Part shown: positions 9,995-21,126 of the stretch, piece after piece
Layout: every line of letters begins with the position of its first letter
Numbering within the stretch: the first letter of the stretch is position 1
Source: Candidatus Bathyarchaeota archaeon
Lineage (GTDB): Archaea; Thermoproteota; Bathyarchaeia; Bathyarchaeales; Bathycorpusculaceae
Length of the DNA: 64,000 nt
Direction of reading: 5' to 3'
NCBI GenBank assembly: GCA_963767735.1
Contig: CAVYES010000007.1
Span: 224,001 to 288,000 of the forward strand
Notes under the pieces: generated by a model
What the model saw: only the letters and a program-made list of their open reading frames with translations
Databases searched by the model: none
What the model was told of the DNA's origin: nothing
Translations under genes and position numbers: made by a program

Positions 9995-12900
9995 TTAAGT
10001 CATTGGAAACTCTACAATGAATTGTGTGCCTTTTCCAATTTGGGTTTCAACGGACACTTTGCCGTTTAATGCTTCAGTCAGCTTCTTCACTATTGCCAAT
10101 CCGAGTCCTTGCCCTTTGGCTTTGGTTGTGAACAACGGGTTGAAAAGCTTGATTTTCACCTCTTCAGGTATCCCTGGGCCTGTATCTGTGACCGTGATTA
10201 CGACTGAGTTATTTTTGCAGGCGGCGGTTATGGCTATTTTTCCTCCTGTTGGCATGGCTTGTACAGCGTTTGAGGTCAAGTTTGTAAGTATTCTTTTCAG
10301 AAACAGCGGGTCGGTGTTTATTTTTGGAAAACCTGCTTCTATAAGGGAAGAAACTGCTATTGTCTCAGGGATAGTCACATTTAACAAAACATCTTGAACG
10401 GCTTTTTCAAGGTCTGTTTCCTGCAATTGAGGCTTGGCCGTTTTTGCATAGTCTTGGAGGTCTTGCACGATTTTGTTCACATAAGTTAACTGTTCTTCAA
10501 TGTAGCCTATGCTTTCTTTGACCTCTTCTTTCTCGGCGGAACTAGGCAACAATTCAAGGCTGGTTTTAGCCAAATATAGTTCGCCGGTAATAGATTGGAG
10601 TGGATTGCGTATATCATGTCCAACCATGCCTGCCGTTTCGCCGATGGCTGCAAGCCGTTCAGAGTCTTTAAGTTTTTTAGTTCGCTCTTCAACCAATGCT
10701 TCCAACTGTTCCGAGTACGTCTTTAACTCTTTTTCGTTTGCTTCCAACATCTCAAGCATTCTGCTGTTAGCTAAGGCAACCGAGGCAATTTCTCCAAAGG
10801 CCATTGCCATTTCGCGGTCGCGCTGGGTGAATCCTCCTGGTTTATTAGCTAACCCGATTACCCCGACCACTTTCTTTTCAATTGTCAATGGTGCAAACAA
10901 CACGTTGTCGAGCCGCACATGACCCATCGGCATGAATTTACAATATTCGCTTTGTAGAAAATCATTTTCAACCGCCGCTTCCCCAGATTTGTAGGCTTCG
11001 GCGCGAAGCCCTCGTATGGGCATAGGCAACGAAGGATCAACTGTACAAGGTCGCCCTCCTGAATCCAAGAACAGAACCTCGTTTTCTTTTCCATTTTTAC
11101 TTAAAAGGGCAACATAGCCTGCTGTTGCGCCGATTAATTCTTTGGCTCCGTCAAATATTGCTTTGGCAGAATTCTGAAATTCGTTGTTTTGAAGAACTGC
11201 CCTTGACGCTGTCAATAATGCCGAAACCTCAGAGCCACGTCGGTACGATTCGTTAAGAGAGCTGGATAAATCCTGCTGCATTTTTTTGCTCTCGGTAATG
11301 TCTCGGTTGCTGGCGCGGCGGCCTTTCCATTTGCCGTTGTCGCCGAAAGCAGCTTTACATGAATGCGAAATCCAACGTGTCTTTCCATCGCGGGTTACGA
11401 TTCGAAAATCAACGTCGTGTGTCTCTTCTGAACTCATCAAATCAAAATGTGAACCGACGATTGATTTATCTTCAGGGTGAACGATTCTTGTGAGAAGTTT
11501 GGAGTCTTTGATGAACTCGTTAGCATCGTAGCCCGTGATGCTTTTAACTGAAGGCGAAACATAAAGCATTTGCCCATCGGGTGCAATCCAGTACTCCCAA
11601 TCATACGCGAAGTCAGCGACCGTTCGAAACTTAACCTCGCTCTCTTGCAATGCTTCCTCAGCAATGGTTCTTGAAAGAGCTGATGCCAAACGGTCAGCTA
11701 TTCGCTCCCACATCTGAATCGTTTCAAGATTAAACATTCCCTTTCTCTTGTCATTTAGCTGAAGCAGCCCCAACCGGGTGTCTCCGATAGCCAAAGGAAT
11801 CAGCGCAACTGACTCGTACCCTTCGCGGTTGCAGCAGTTTCGCGTTTTTCCACGTGACTCAGCAGTTGTTGTGGCAAGAAGTAAAGTGGTATTGTTTGTC
11901 CAGAAGCTTCCTTTTTGGGTGAAGAAGTCTTTGCTTGGGTCAAATTTTCCCGATACAACGGCTCCGCACATGCATTCGATAATCGGGTTGCCTTTTGAAT
12001 CTCGGACAATGTATCCTGCATTGTCTCTTGCGCATATCTGGTTCTCAAGCCGGACATGTTCAGGCGGGAAACCTCTAGTCACATAATATGGATATTCATC
12101 TCCTTCTTTGAGCCTAATACCAACTGCTTCGCAACCAGACTGCTTCTGGAAGAAATTGGAAGCTGCCTTTACAAGCTCACGTGGGCTAGTAGTTGCATTG
12201 GCAATTCTTAGGAATTCAACCATTATATCGCGTTCGGCTTCCGCTTTCTTGCGCTCCGAAATGTCGCGGATGGCACTAACTCTTGCAGGGTACCCTTTGT
12301 AATCAATGGCCCTAGCACTTACTTCAATTGGGAAAACTGAGCCATCTTTTCTTAAAGCTAATTGCTCAAATGTGCCTTCAATCCCTTTCTGCTGCAATGC
12401 TTTGACATGGGCTCTTTGTTCGGGAGCGACAACATCCATATTATTTTTACCAATCAGTTCAGCTACTTCATACCCAAATAGCTTCGCGAATTGGTCGTTA
12501 GCATCTAAAATCTTTCCATCAGAGGTAAATACAATACCCTCAAAGGACGCCTTCGCCAAACTGGAAAACCGGTTCTCAGCCTCTTTTAGTTCTAACTCAG
12601 CTTTCTTGCTATCTGTAATATCCTCGAAGACTGCTGCAAAATAGCCTTTTGCGGGACAATAAACTGAAATTGATAGCCACATGCTTAAAGGCTTAAAGAA
12701 TACTTCAAACTTCTCTTTTTGACCTGTAAGCGCCACTCTTCCGTAAATTTCAAAAAGCTCAGGATTAGCGGCTTTGATTCCAGGTATCACCTCAGTTACT
12801 TTCTTTCCGACAACCATATCTTTTTTTAGACCTGTTATTCTTTCAAAAGCACTATTAATTTGAAGATAAACAAAGTCAACAGGCTTGCTTTTCTCATCGA

Positions 12901-15900
12901 ATATCATTTGGCAATAAGCAAAGCCGTCAATCATGTTAGAGAAAAGAGAGCTATATTCATCCTCGCTTTTCCTTAATGCTTCATCAGCTTTCTTGCGTTC
13001 AGTAATATCGCTAAACATTGCTATGTTAGATACGTGTTTTCCGTTATCGTCAAATAATGGTGAAGCGTTAACAGCTGCCCATAGAATAGAGCCATCTTTG
13101 CGCCGGAACTCTAATTCTTTATACTGAATCTGCTCATTTTCTAATCCTTTTCTCATCCGCGGAATTTGTCTTTTTTGTTCTTCTTCAGACATGAGGTCAA
13201 AGCTCGATTTCCTGAGAAGTTCATCGGTTGAGTAGCCAAACATTTGAGCTAGCCTGTTGTTAACAAAGATGTGGTTACCATCAGGTTTGGCGATGACTAT
13301 ACCTTCCGCAGATGTTTCAACAATTGTACGATACTTTTGCTCGTTTTCAGCTAACGCTTCTTCAGCTTTCTTGCGTTCGGAGATATCTTTCCAAATGGAT
13401 AATAAAGTCTCAACTTTACCATTAACGGCGAACTCAGGAACAATGACATATTGATAGCATTTCACGCCTTCTTTACTTGGAAATTCAAATTCGCCTTTTT
13501 GTTCCTTGCCAGTTTGAAAAACATTTTGGAGAATTTGGGTCCATGTTTCCGCGAATTTTTGAGGTAACGGTATTTCATGGTTTGTTTTGCCTACGAAATT
13601 CTTTGAAGTTAGTCCAGTGGTTTTTTCAAAAGCAGGATTGATGTACAAGTAGCGCAGGTTTCTATCAAGCCTTGCAATAATATCAGGAGAGTTTTCGGCA
13701 AGGGTCCTGTACTTTTTCTCTTCTCCTCGTAATTCATTTTCGTGCTTTTTCAATACATCGATATCTATGAAGGATAAAACGGCGCCGTCTATTTTGTTGT
13801 CTTCAGTTATGTAGGGTCGAACCCGCATTTCATAAGAGCGGCCCTTCTCATCGCTAACTTCCTTGTTCACTGCGTTAAGTGTTGTGATTACTTCTGAGAT
13901 GGTTTTCTCTAAATCAGGAACCGAAATGGCGAGATGCACATTAGATATTGGCAGCCCAGCGTCCGAAGCACCCAGATTCAGAATTTTTTGGGCCGAAGGC
14001 GTGAAAAGTCTAATTTTCAAGTTGCAATCCACCATTATTACGGCTGGATCAACGTTCCTGCTCAGGTTCGTTACGTTATCGTTTAGTCTTGCGAGGGCTT
14101 GATTTCGGTTCTTTAATTCGTCGTTCAGAGTGGTTAATTCTTCGTTGCTTGATTGGAGCTCTTCTTTAGCGGTTTCCAATTCCTCGTTTGTACTCTGAAG
14201 CTCCTCGTTGCTTGACTGGATTTCTTCCATGGCGGAGCTCAATTCCTCGTTGGTTGCCTCCTGAGTCTCAATAACCGTCTGCAAATACTGTTTGGAAGAT
14301 TCCAATTCTTCTTTAAGTTCGCGAATTTGACTGCTCTTAACGTTCTCGCGCCCTTCAGGCGTAGTTGAAAGCTCAATTGTCTGGCGTAGATGCGCAGCGG
14401 CTGAACTGACATCTTCAAACAATACAAGGAAGAAGGGCTCTTCGTATTGTTTTGCGCTCAGGGGCATTACCTGAATATTAATGGTCTTCGATTGGTCACC
14501 ATAATGAAAGCGTATTGCCTCTTCTTTGATGGATTTTTTCTCTTTTTTTGCTCTGTAAACTGCTGTTTGGACTTCTGGCCTCAACTCTTTCCGAATCATC
14601 TTTGCTACATTCAAACTTGCTTGCCCCGATTCGGGTGAAAGATAAGGCGTAACATTTCCGCGAAAAACAAGAATATCCAAGTTACTGTTTACCAGTAGTG
14701 CTGCAGGAACATATTCCGTTATAAGTAACTGGTCTACTTCCTCCCGTATGAGAGAAACTGAGTCTCTTTTTTCAGGCTCTTTAAGACCTGCTTTTCCAAC
14801 GTAAGGAACCCCAGCTGCAAAGCCGAAATTGACGCGGGGCTGACCCTTCTTTTTCGTGTAAATAAAACCCCTCTTGTTAACTGGTTCAAAAAGGGCGGTG
14901 GATTTGCCGATACTTTCAGATTCGCCCAGAATAAGAAAACCGTTTGGCTTCAATGCGTAATGCAGAATGGACACTATTCTTTCTTGAAGTTGCGTGTCAA
15001 AATAGATGAGCATGTTTCGGCAGCTGATGAGACTCAAGTTGGAGAAAGGGGGGTCCGCCGATAAGTCTTGTTTCGCAAATACGCATATGTCGCGAATGGA
15101 CTTTGTAATTTGATAGTTTCCGTTTGAGCTATTGAAGAATCGTTTTAGGCGATTCTCTGAGACGTTAGCTTCTATGCTCTTGGGGTATATTCCTTGTCGG
15201 GCTTTGTCAACGTTTTTTCCGTTTACATCAGTTCCGAAAATCTGAATTAGCACATCCCGCGTGTCTGTTTCTTCGAGGAATTCTTGAAGCGCGATGGCAA
15301 AGGAGTAAGCCTCTTCGCCTGTGGAGCAACCGGGAATCCACATTCTCAGCGGTTCTTTAGGCGACAGGTTTTTTAAAAGTTCAGGAAACAGTTTTTCCTT
15401 CAAAATCACGAAAGTGTCAGGTTCTCTAAAGAAGCTTGTTACGCCGATAAGCATGTCATCGAACAAGGCTTGCAGCTCAGCGGGATGTGTTCCTAAATAC
15501 TCAGCGTACTTCGTTATGTTGTCAACGTGGCTTATTACCATACGCCGAGTAACCCGCCTATTGACCACTGTTTCTTTGTAGTGAGTGAAATCTACGTTGA
15601 ATGTAGATTTTAACAGGGTGAAGATTCTTCTTAAACCCGTTTCTTTAGTGGTCTTCGGTTCCTGAGATACTATTTCAGCACGAACCAACTGAGGGTTCTT
15701 AGCGATTTTTGAAAGCTCTTTTGCAATCTTGTCAGGGTAAAGAACGAAATCGACGGCTTCAGCTGATATAGCGCTGTAAGGCATGCCCGCATATTGGGCG
15801 GACTCTGGATCCTGGGCAAAAGTGATTCCCCCCTCAGCTTTAACAGCTTTCAGCCCTTCGGTTCCGTCAGTACCCGTTCCCGAAAGCACAATCCCGATAG

Positions 15901-16354
15901 CTTGGGTTTTCCGTTCCACGGCAAGAGAACTTAAGAAAGCGTCAATTGGCCTTAGAGACTTACCCTTCGGGTTAAGCTTGAGAAAGCCATCCGCTAAAGT
16001 CATGGTTGACCCAGGCGGAATCACATAAACATAATTGGGTTCAACATGCATCCCATCCTCAACTTGGAAAACAAGCATTCTGGTGAATCTTGAAAGAATG
16101 TCAGTCAGCATGCTTTCCTGACCTGCTGCAAGATGTTGAATTATCACAAAAGCCAAACCTGTATCTACGGGCAAACTCTCAAGCAACACCTTAAACGCTT
16201 CTAAGCCGCCTGCAGAAGCACCAACTCCTACAATCGGGAATTCTTGAGGTAATTTACTTTCAGAAGAGACCTGCTTGTTCGAATCACTTTTTTTATTTTT
16301 ACTTGTAGCCAAAATGCAACGTCCAATAAGCCTGTTGTGTTCCTTGGTCTCCAA
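9995..16354 (-). CDS. CheB-CheR fusion with coiled coil, multiple PAS, two GAF and a histidine kinase
   Basis: CheB GASAGG/IIQH/LSGTGTDG; CheR TSFFRE, GCSTGEEAYS, CRNMLIYF; EELQS(T/S)NEEL heptads; repeated PAS ends DI(S/T)ERKKAE; H-box GHDIRNPL and GQGLGL. Confidence 0.92.
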   Translation of the reverse strand: METKEHNRLIGRCILATSKNKKSDSNKQVSSESKLPQEFPIVGVGASAGGLEAFKVLLESLPVDTGLAFVIIQHLAAGQESMLTDILSRFTRMLVFQVEDGMHVEPNYVYVIPPGSTMTLADGFLKLNPKGKSLRPIDAFLSSLAVERKTQAIGIVLSGTGTDGTEGLKAVKAEGGITFAQDPESAQYAGMPYSAISAEAVDFVLYPDKIAKELSKIAKNPQLVRAEIVSQEPKTTKETGLRRIFTLLKSTFNVDFTHYKETVVNRRVTRRMVISHVDNITKYAEYLGTHPAELQALFDDMLIGVTSFFREPDTFVILKEKLFPELLKNLSPKEPLRMWIPGCSTGEEAYSFAIALQEFLEETDTRDVLIQIFGTDVNGKNVDKARQGIYPKSIEANVSENRLKRFFNSSNGNYQITKSIRDICVFAKQDLSADPPFSNLSLISCRNMLIYFDTQLQERIVSILHYALKPNGFLILGESESIGKSTALFEPVNKRGFIYTKKKGQPRVNFGFAAGVPYVGKAGLKEPEKRDSVSLIREEVDQLLITEYVPAALLVNSNLDILVFRGNVTPYLSPESGQASLNVAKMIRKELRPEVQTAVYRAKKEKKSIKEEAIRFHYGDQSKTINIQVMPLSAKQYEEPFFLVLFEDVSSAAAHLRQTIELSTTPEGRENVKSSQIRELKEELESSKQYLQTVIETQEATNEELSSAMEEIQSSNEELQSTNEELETAKEELQSSNEELTTLNDELKNRNQALARLNDNVTNLSRNVDPAVIMVDCNLKIRLFTPSAQKILNLGASDAGLPISNVHLAISVPDLEKTISEVITTLNAVNKEVSDEKGRSYEMRVRPYITEDNKIDGAVLSFIDIDVLKKHENELRGEEKKYRTLAENSPDIIARLDRNLRYLYINPAFEKTTGLTSKNFVGKTNHEIPLPQKFAETWTQILQNVFQTGKEQKGEFEFPSKEGVKCYQYVIVPEFAVNGKVETLLSIWKDISERKKAEEALAENEQKYRTIVETSAEGIVIAKPDGNHIFVNNRLAQMFGYSTDELLRKSSFDLMSEEEQKRQIPRMRKGLENEQIQYKELEFRRKDGSILWAAVNASPLFDDNGKHVSNIAMFSDITERKKADEALRKSEDEYSSLFSNMIDGFAYCQMIFDEKSKPVDFVYLQINSAFERITGLKKDMVVGKKVTEVIPGIKAANPELFEIYGRVALTGQKEKFEVFFKPLSMWLSISVYCPAKGYFAAVFEDITDSKKAELELKEAENRFSSLAKASFEGIVFTSDGKILDANDQFAKLFGYEVAELIGKNNMDVVAPEQRAHVKALQQKGIEGTFEQLALRKDGSVFPIEVSARAIDYKGYPARVSAIRDISERKKAEAERDIMVEFLRIANATTSPRELVKAASNFFQKQSGCEAVGIRLKEGDEYPYYVTRGFPPEHVRLENQICARDNAGYIVRDSKGNPIIECMCGAVVSGKFDPSKDFFTQKGSFWTNNTTLLLATTTAESRGKTRNCCNREGYESVALIPLAIGDTRLGLLQLNDKRKGMFNLETIQMWERIADRLASALSRTIAEEALQESEVKFRTVADFAYDWEYWIAPDGQMLYVSPSVKSITGYDANEFIKDSKLLTRIVHPEDKSIVGSHFDLMSSEETHDVDFRIVTRDGKTRWISHSCKAAFGDNGKWKGRRASNRDITESKKMQQDLSSSLNESYRRGSEVSALLTASRAVLQNNEFQNSAKAIFDGAKELIGATAGYVALLSKNGKENEVLFLDSGGRPCTVDPSLPMPIRGLRAEAYKSGEAAVENDFLQSEYCKFMPMGHVRLDNVLFAPLTIEKKVVGVIGLANKPGGFTQRDREMAMAFGEIASVALANSRMLEMLEANEKELKTYSEQLEALVEERTKKLKDSERLAAIGETAGMVGHDIRNPLQSITGELYLAKTSLELLPSSAEKEEVKESIGYIEEQLTYVNKIVQDLQDYAKTAKPQLQETDLEKAVQDVLLNVTIPETIAVSSLIEAGFPKINTDPLFLKRILTNLTSNAVQAMPTGGKIAITAACKNNSVVITVTDTGPGIPEEVKIKLFNPLFTTKAKGQGLGLAIVKKLTEALNGKVSVETQIGKGTQFIVEFPMT

Positions 16355-16539
16355 AAATAAGTAACTAGCACAATTAATATGTTATCATCATTGAACTGAA
16401 CAAGCGGTCACGATTGCCGCCGGAACCAAAATAACCTAAATTTATCTTTGCTTAGAAAAAATTATGAAAAGAAAATTAATTGATACTTGCCAAAATTTTT
16501 GCTGGTCAGAACTTTAGTTTTGGCGGCAAGTATTAACAT

Positions 16540-16911
16540 GTGTGTGCTGCCACATTGGTAGTTGAATGTATTGAGGTTGAGGCGCTAGGAATATTGGAAA
16601 GAAAAACTAAAAGCTTTCATTTCCAAGAGATGAATTGGCTAATCAGTTTTCCCGATTCAGGAAATGAGGGAAGAAAATACCTCTGCTATTCAGTAGTGTT
16701 CAAAGATTGTAAGAGGGGAAACGTAAAGTCTCAAGTTAATTTAATGGATATTGTGGATGTTGCCGAGTTTGAAAAGAATTATCCTCACACGGTGGGTTTT
16801 TTCAAAGAACCAATCGATGAAAACGCAGATTTTAGCCCTAACTATCTAGAAATAAGAGTTATCAGGTGCATCGAAGAATTCTGGAAATTTTTAAACGATT
16901 TAGATATTTAG
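16540..16911 (+). CDS. Hypothetical protein
   Basis: Only sizeable ORF in the gap, protein-like composition; probable TTG start at 16594. Confidence 0.6.
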   Translation: MCAATLVVECIEVEALGILERKTKSFHFQEMNWLISFPDSGNEGRKYLCYSVVFKDCKRGNVKSQVNLMDIVDVAEFEKNYPHTVGFFKEPIDENADFSPNYLEIRVIRCIEEFWKFLNDLDI

Positions 16912-16973
16912 ATCACATTGCCATTGAGAAAAACGTGTGAAATTTTATGAATGGAATCTGTGCGAGATTAAGT

Positions 16974-19644
16974 TTAACGTGGCAGAGTCATGCACATGTT
17001 TATGGTGTATTCATCTATCGGTTTAGTTTCAAATCCTTTTTTGCAGCATAAATTAGTCATTTTTATGTTGGCGAGTGAAACGCAACTGTAAATAGTTTCT
17101 AATTTCAAGTCTTTAGCTATGTCAATAATGTAATCCATAAGTTTTGATCCTAATCCCAGCCCGTGCCACGAGTCGCTTACCATGATGGCAAATTCACCGT
17201 TTTTTCTTTCCGAATCAAGAATTAATCTTACTGCACCAATCATTCGCCGGTCATTTTGTAGCTTAGCGACGATGGCGATTTCTCGATCATAATCAAGGTT
17301 ACAGTACCGAGACAACGTGTCATGCGACATTTCTTTTATTATCTCAAAAAATCTGAACCTTACACTATCTTCAGACAAAGACTTAAACAGCTCATTAAAA
17401 CAGCGTTCATCCTCTGATTTGATTGGACGTAAAGCCACTTGAACACCATTTTTCAACGTTCGTTTGGTGACGTATTTTGTCGGATAAGGTGAAATCAACA
17501 AATGTTCATGATGATCAGCTGGCTCCCGCATAATTCTAGGCATATCGATAGTGATGTAGCCATCAACCACAAGAGGCCCACCGCTATTGACTATTAGAGG
17601 ATTTATGTCTATTTGTTTGATTTCGGGAAAATCAATAACAAGCTGGCAGAACTTTACCAGGATTTCTTCGATAATGCCTTTTTCGAAAGTGCCGGCACGT
17701 GAGGAACCATTGTTCCCGCTGAAATAACCTGCTTTTCTCTACTATTTGCCTGGCCAAAACCTGATTAAGCGGCGGAAAACCTACGCTTATGTCAAAGATT
17801 GTTTCAGGTGAATCTCCGCGGGTTCCAAAAATTATAGTTGAACCAAATTTATTGTTTTTCCTTAATCCCAAAAAAAGCTTGGTACAATTTTCTTGCATCT
17901 TTGGTTGAATAGCTATTCCTTGGAACTCGGCTAAGCTGCTGGAGTTAATTTTATCAACCATCTCCTTGAAAGCAATTGGCACATCGGAGGAAGAGTAAAC
18001 TTCACATGCGAACCCTTCACGCGTATTCTTAAACGTTGTTTGTGCATACAGCGCTTTCATAATAACTGGAAAGCCCAGTTCAGAGGCAAAAGCTAAGGCT
18101 TCATCAGTTGTCCTTGCGATGAGTGTTTTTATAGTGGGTATTTTGTAGGTTTCTAAGAAACAGAGAGACTCAGGTAGGCTAAGAATTTGCCTGCCCTCGC
18201 AAAACGCACGCCTTAAAGCTCCTTTAAGATGCGCTGAATCGCCTAAAACCATGGGTACCTCTTCTGGAGTTTGATACAGCAATTCCATGTTCCGAGTATA
18301 GGTATACATATTCATGAATGCTGCGACAGCTTCTTCGGGCGTTCTAAAAGCAGGTATGCCGCTGCGATTCAGCATTCTTCTGGCTTCTTGGCAATTGGTG
18401 TCTTCTCCCATTAACGCGACTAAAAGGGTTTTTCTTGTTTGATCAGCTAAATCAATTGCGGTTTGAGCTATGCTAGAAGGACTAGTGACTCCTTGAGGAG
18501 AATATATTACTAAAACGCTTCCGTCAGTTGGGTCTTCCAAGCAGACTTGCAGGGCACTTCTAAATCTTTCAGGCGTTGCTTCCTCAAGAATATCAACAGG
18601 GTTACAGGTACTGCAATAATGAGGCAAAATCCTTCGCAATGCACAATCCAAATCGTTACTCACTTGTGAAAGCCCGCCCCCTTTTAAGTGTAGTTGATCA
18701 GCAGCTAAAAGTCCAGGTCCACTAGCATTCGTAATTATCGTTAAGAAAGGACTACATGGATTTGGCTGCATCGACAAGGCTTTAGCACAATCAAAAAGTT
18801 CATTAATGGTATCTACGCGAACAATGCCAACGCGTCTAAACGCGGCATCATAAAGGTCGTCTTCGCTCAGTTGATTGATTTCCAAGAGAGGAAAATCAGG
18901 GCTTTTATTAAATCGACCTGCCTTGACGATGACAATGGGTTTGGTTCTGGCAAATCCTCTTGCCGCGCTCATGAAACTTCGAATATCCTTTATTTCCTCT
19001 ACATAGACCATGATAGCTCTTGTTTGAGGGTCTGCCCCAAAATACTCAATTAATTCACCTACGTTAACGTCAATCATGGTACCGATAGAGACAACTGCGC
19101 TGAGCCCAACTTTAGTTTCAGAAGACCAATCCAAAACCGATCCACAAAGCGCGCCACTTTGGGAGATAAAAGCAATTTTCCCAGGTATCGCTTTTTTGTC
19201 TCCAAAGGTCGCGTACAAGTTAGTTTTTGGTCTTATAACGCCTAAACTGTTTGGCCCTATTATCCGCACTCCATACGCGTTCTTGTATTCAAGAATCTGC
19301 CGTATAAGACTCCGACCAGTTTCATCATTTTCATTTAAACCAGCAGAAACAATAATTGCGCTTCGCACCCCAGATTTCCCGCACTCTTCAATAATCTGAG
19401 GAATCGTGTGTGCTGGAGTTGCAATGATTGCAAGATCGATCTTAGACGGAACCTTGTCAACGCTCGGGTAAGCAGCAACTCCTTGTACAGTTCGTTTAAA
19501 AGGGTTAACAGGAAAAATTAAACCTCGATATGACTCAATTAAGTTATGAAGTATTCTAGCGCCTAAGGAATCTTCGCCTTCACTGGCACCTATAACTGCG
19601 ATTGCTTTGGGATTAAAGAAGCAGCTAAGATTTTCCATTCCCAA
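16974..19644 (-). pseudogene. Pat/PatZ-type acyl-CoA-ligase-like + GNAT protein acetyltransferase, split by one +1 frameshift near 17675-17735
   Basis: ORFs 17632-19644 (CoA-binding and ATP-grasp) and 16974-17570 (GNAT) align colinearly with the intact paralog 34512-37193. IIEEILVKFCQLVIDFPEIKQIDINPL continues in the +1 frame. May be a sequencing error. Confidence 0.85.
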
Positions 19645-19814
19645 TACTAATTCCTCGTAAACTACGTCTTTAAGGTGAGTAGACAGGGGCGATTTAGTTC
19701 GATATACTTGACGTTGTTTATTCTCCGAAGTACATCGAATTTCTTCCTTATCGATGGTTGCTCATCGTGATTTTTTGCTGACTCGATGTTTGGCTGCTGT
19801 AGGTTTCATTTGGT

Positions 19815-21126
19815 CTAAGTTAAGTTGACTTTTACTACGTGTGTGGAGCACGAAATGCATGGGTCATAAGCTCTTACTAACATTTCCAGCGTTAATTCGA
19901 TTTCTTTTTGAGGTTTATCGATAATCTGCGGGAGAATAGCTTTCATGTCTAACTGAATGTTTCCGTGGTTTTGGTTGGTTGGGATTATGCAGTTGGCTTT
20001 TGTGCATATTCCTTTTTCGTTGTAGGTGTAATCATGGAATAAGTATGCCTCTGGGCACCTCTACTGCACCAACGCCGTTGCCGGCCTTCACTTTGATTTC
20101 GGGTTTATTGTAGTCTGGTTGAGATTGTAGACCTGCTGCTTCAAGTTCGTTTATTAGGCGTATCGTATCTTCTACGCTGTGGACTACTTCGACGAGTTGA
20201 GCAATACTGTTCATGAAGGGATTATAGCACATTGGCAAAAGATTGAACTTCTTAGCTGTTTCTTGAGCCATCGGAGATAATCTCTTGTAATTGTTGTTAA
20301 CCCTAGCTAAGGCACCAACCATATACGATTCACGATTATGCTTTGCCCATTTAGCTGTAGATTGCGGAATAATGTACTCATTTGTGAATGAGAGATATTC
20401 TTTTACCGGTGCAGCGCCAGTGTCTGATGAAACCAGTTTTCCGTCATAGAGCGCGTATTCACTTGGGTCAGTTAAAGAAATATATTCGGTTTCTCTTTTA
20501 AAGTCAGGTAACTTGCCAGCTAAGCTCTTATATAATTCAGCCACGGCTACAATGCTTGGAATAGAATCTTGCAGTTTCTTTCTGACCGACGCCAATTCTT
20601 TCATCGACGGGATTTTGGAGAAACCGCCCGGTATCAATCTTTGCGGATGCGTTGTTCTTCCACAGAGCAAGTTTGACATCTCATTTGCGGTTCTGTGAAG
20701 TTGAAGAACTATCTTAACCTCTGGAAGATTTGTAGACGCGAGAGGAATTACTGAACCTACACCCATCAAGTCAGGCAGAACGAGAAAGCCTAAATGTAAA
20801 ATGTGACTCTGCAGATTTTCCGCGTGTAATGCTAGCCTTCTAAGTTTTAGGTCTTGGTCACTTACAGTTATGCCCATGGCTGATTCTGTAGCTTTCAATG
20901 AAGCAAGCGTATGGCCAATTGAGCATATGCCGCATATGCGAGAGGTGATATGGTGTAGTTCATTCCAGGATCTTCCTACAACCATGGCTTCAAAGAACCT
21001 TGGCGCTTCCGGAATATTCCATTCACATTTTTCTATAAGTCCATTTCTAATATTCACATTGATGTTTCCGTGTCCTTCAACTCTTGTTACGTGATGGACA
21101 TCAACATCAACATTTGTTCCTTTCAT
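19815..21126 (-). CDS. hydA: Group 3b [NiFe]-hydrogenase (sulfhydrogenase-type) large subunit, with one +1 frameshift near 20040
   Basis: TRVEGHG and L1 RICGICSIGH. After VEVPRGIL the +1 frame reads FHDYTYNEKG...IPTNQN...VRAYDPCISCSTH-VVKVNLT* (TAG at 19815-17). ATG at 21126 overlaps the small-subunit stop. Confidence 0.9.

Noticed and set aside
14100-14300. Near-tandem 21-bp repeats and recurring GCTTTCTTGCG(T/C)TC words in 12240-13380 as a CRISPR or repeat array
   Set aside because: They encode coiled-coil heptads and PAS-terminal ERKKAE linkers inside the CheBR kinase; there are no unique spacers of constant length.
20032-20034. In-frame TGA in the hydrogenase large subunit (and in hdrA at 28773) as selenocysteine
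   Set aside because: The conserved sequence resumes in the +1 frame and the TGAs do not align with Cys ligand positions, so these are frameshifts rather than Sec.
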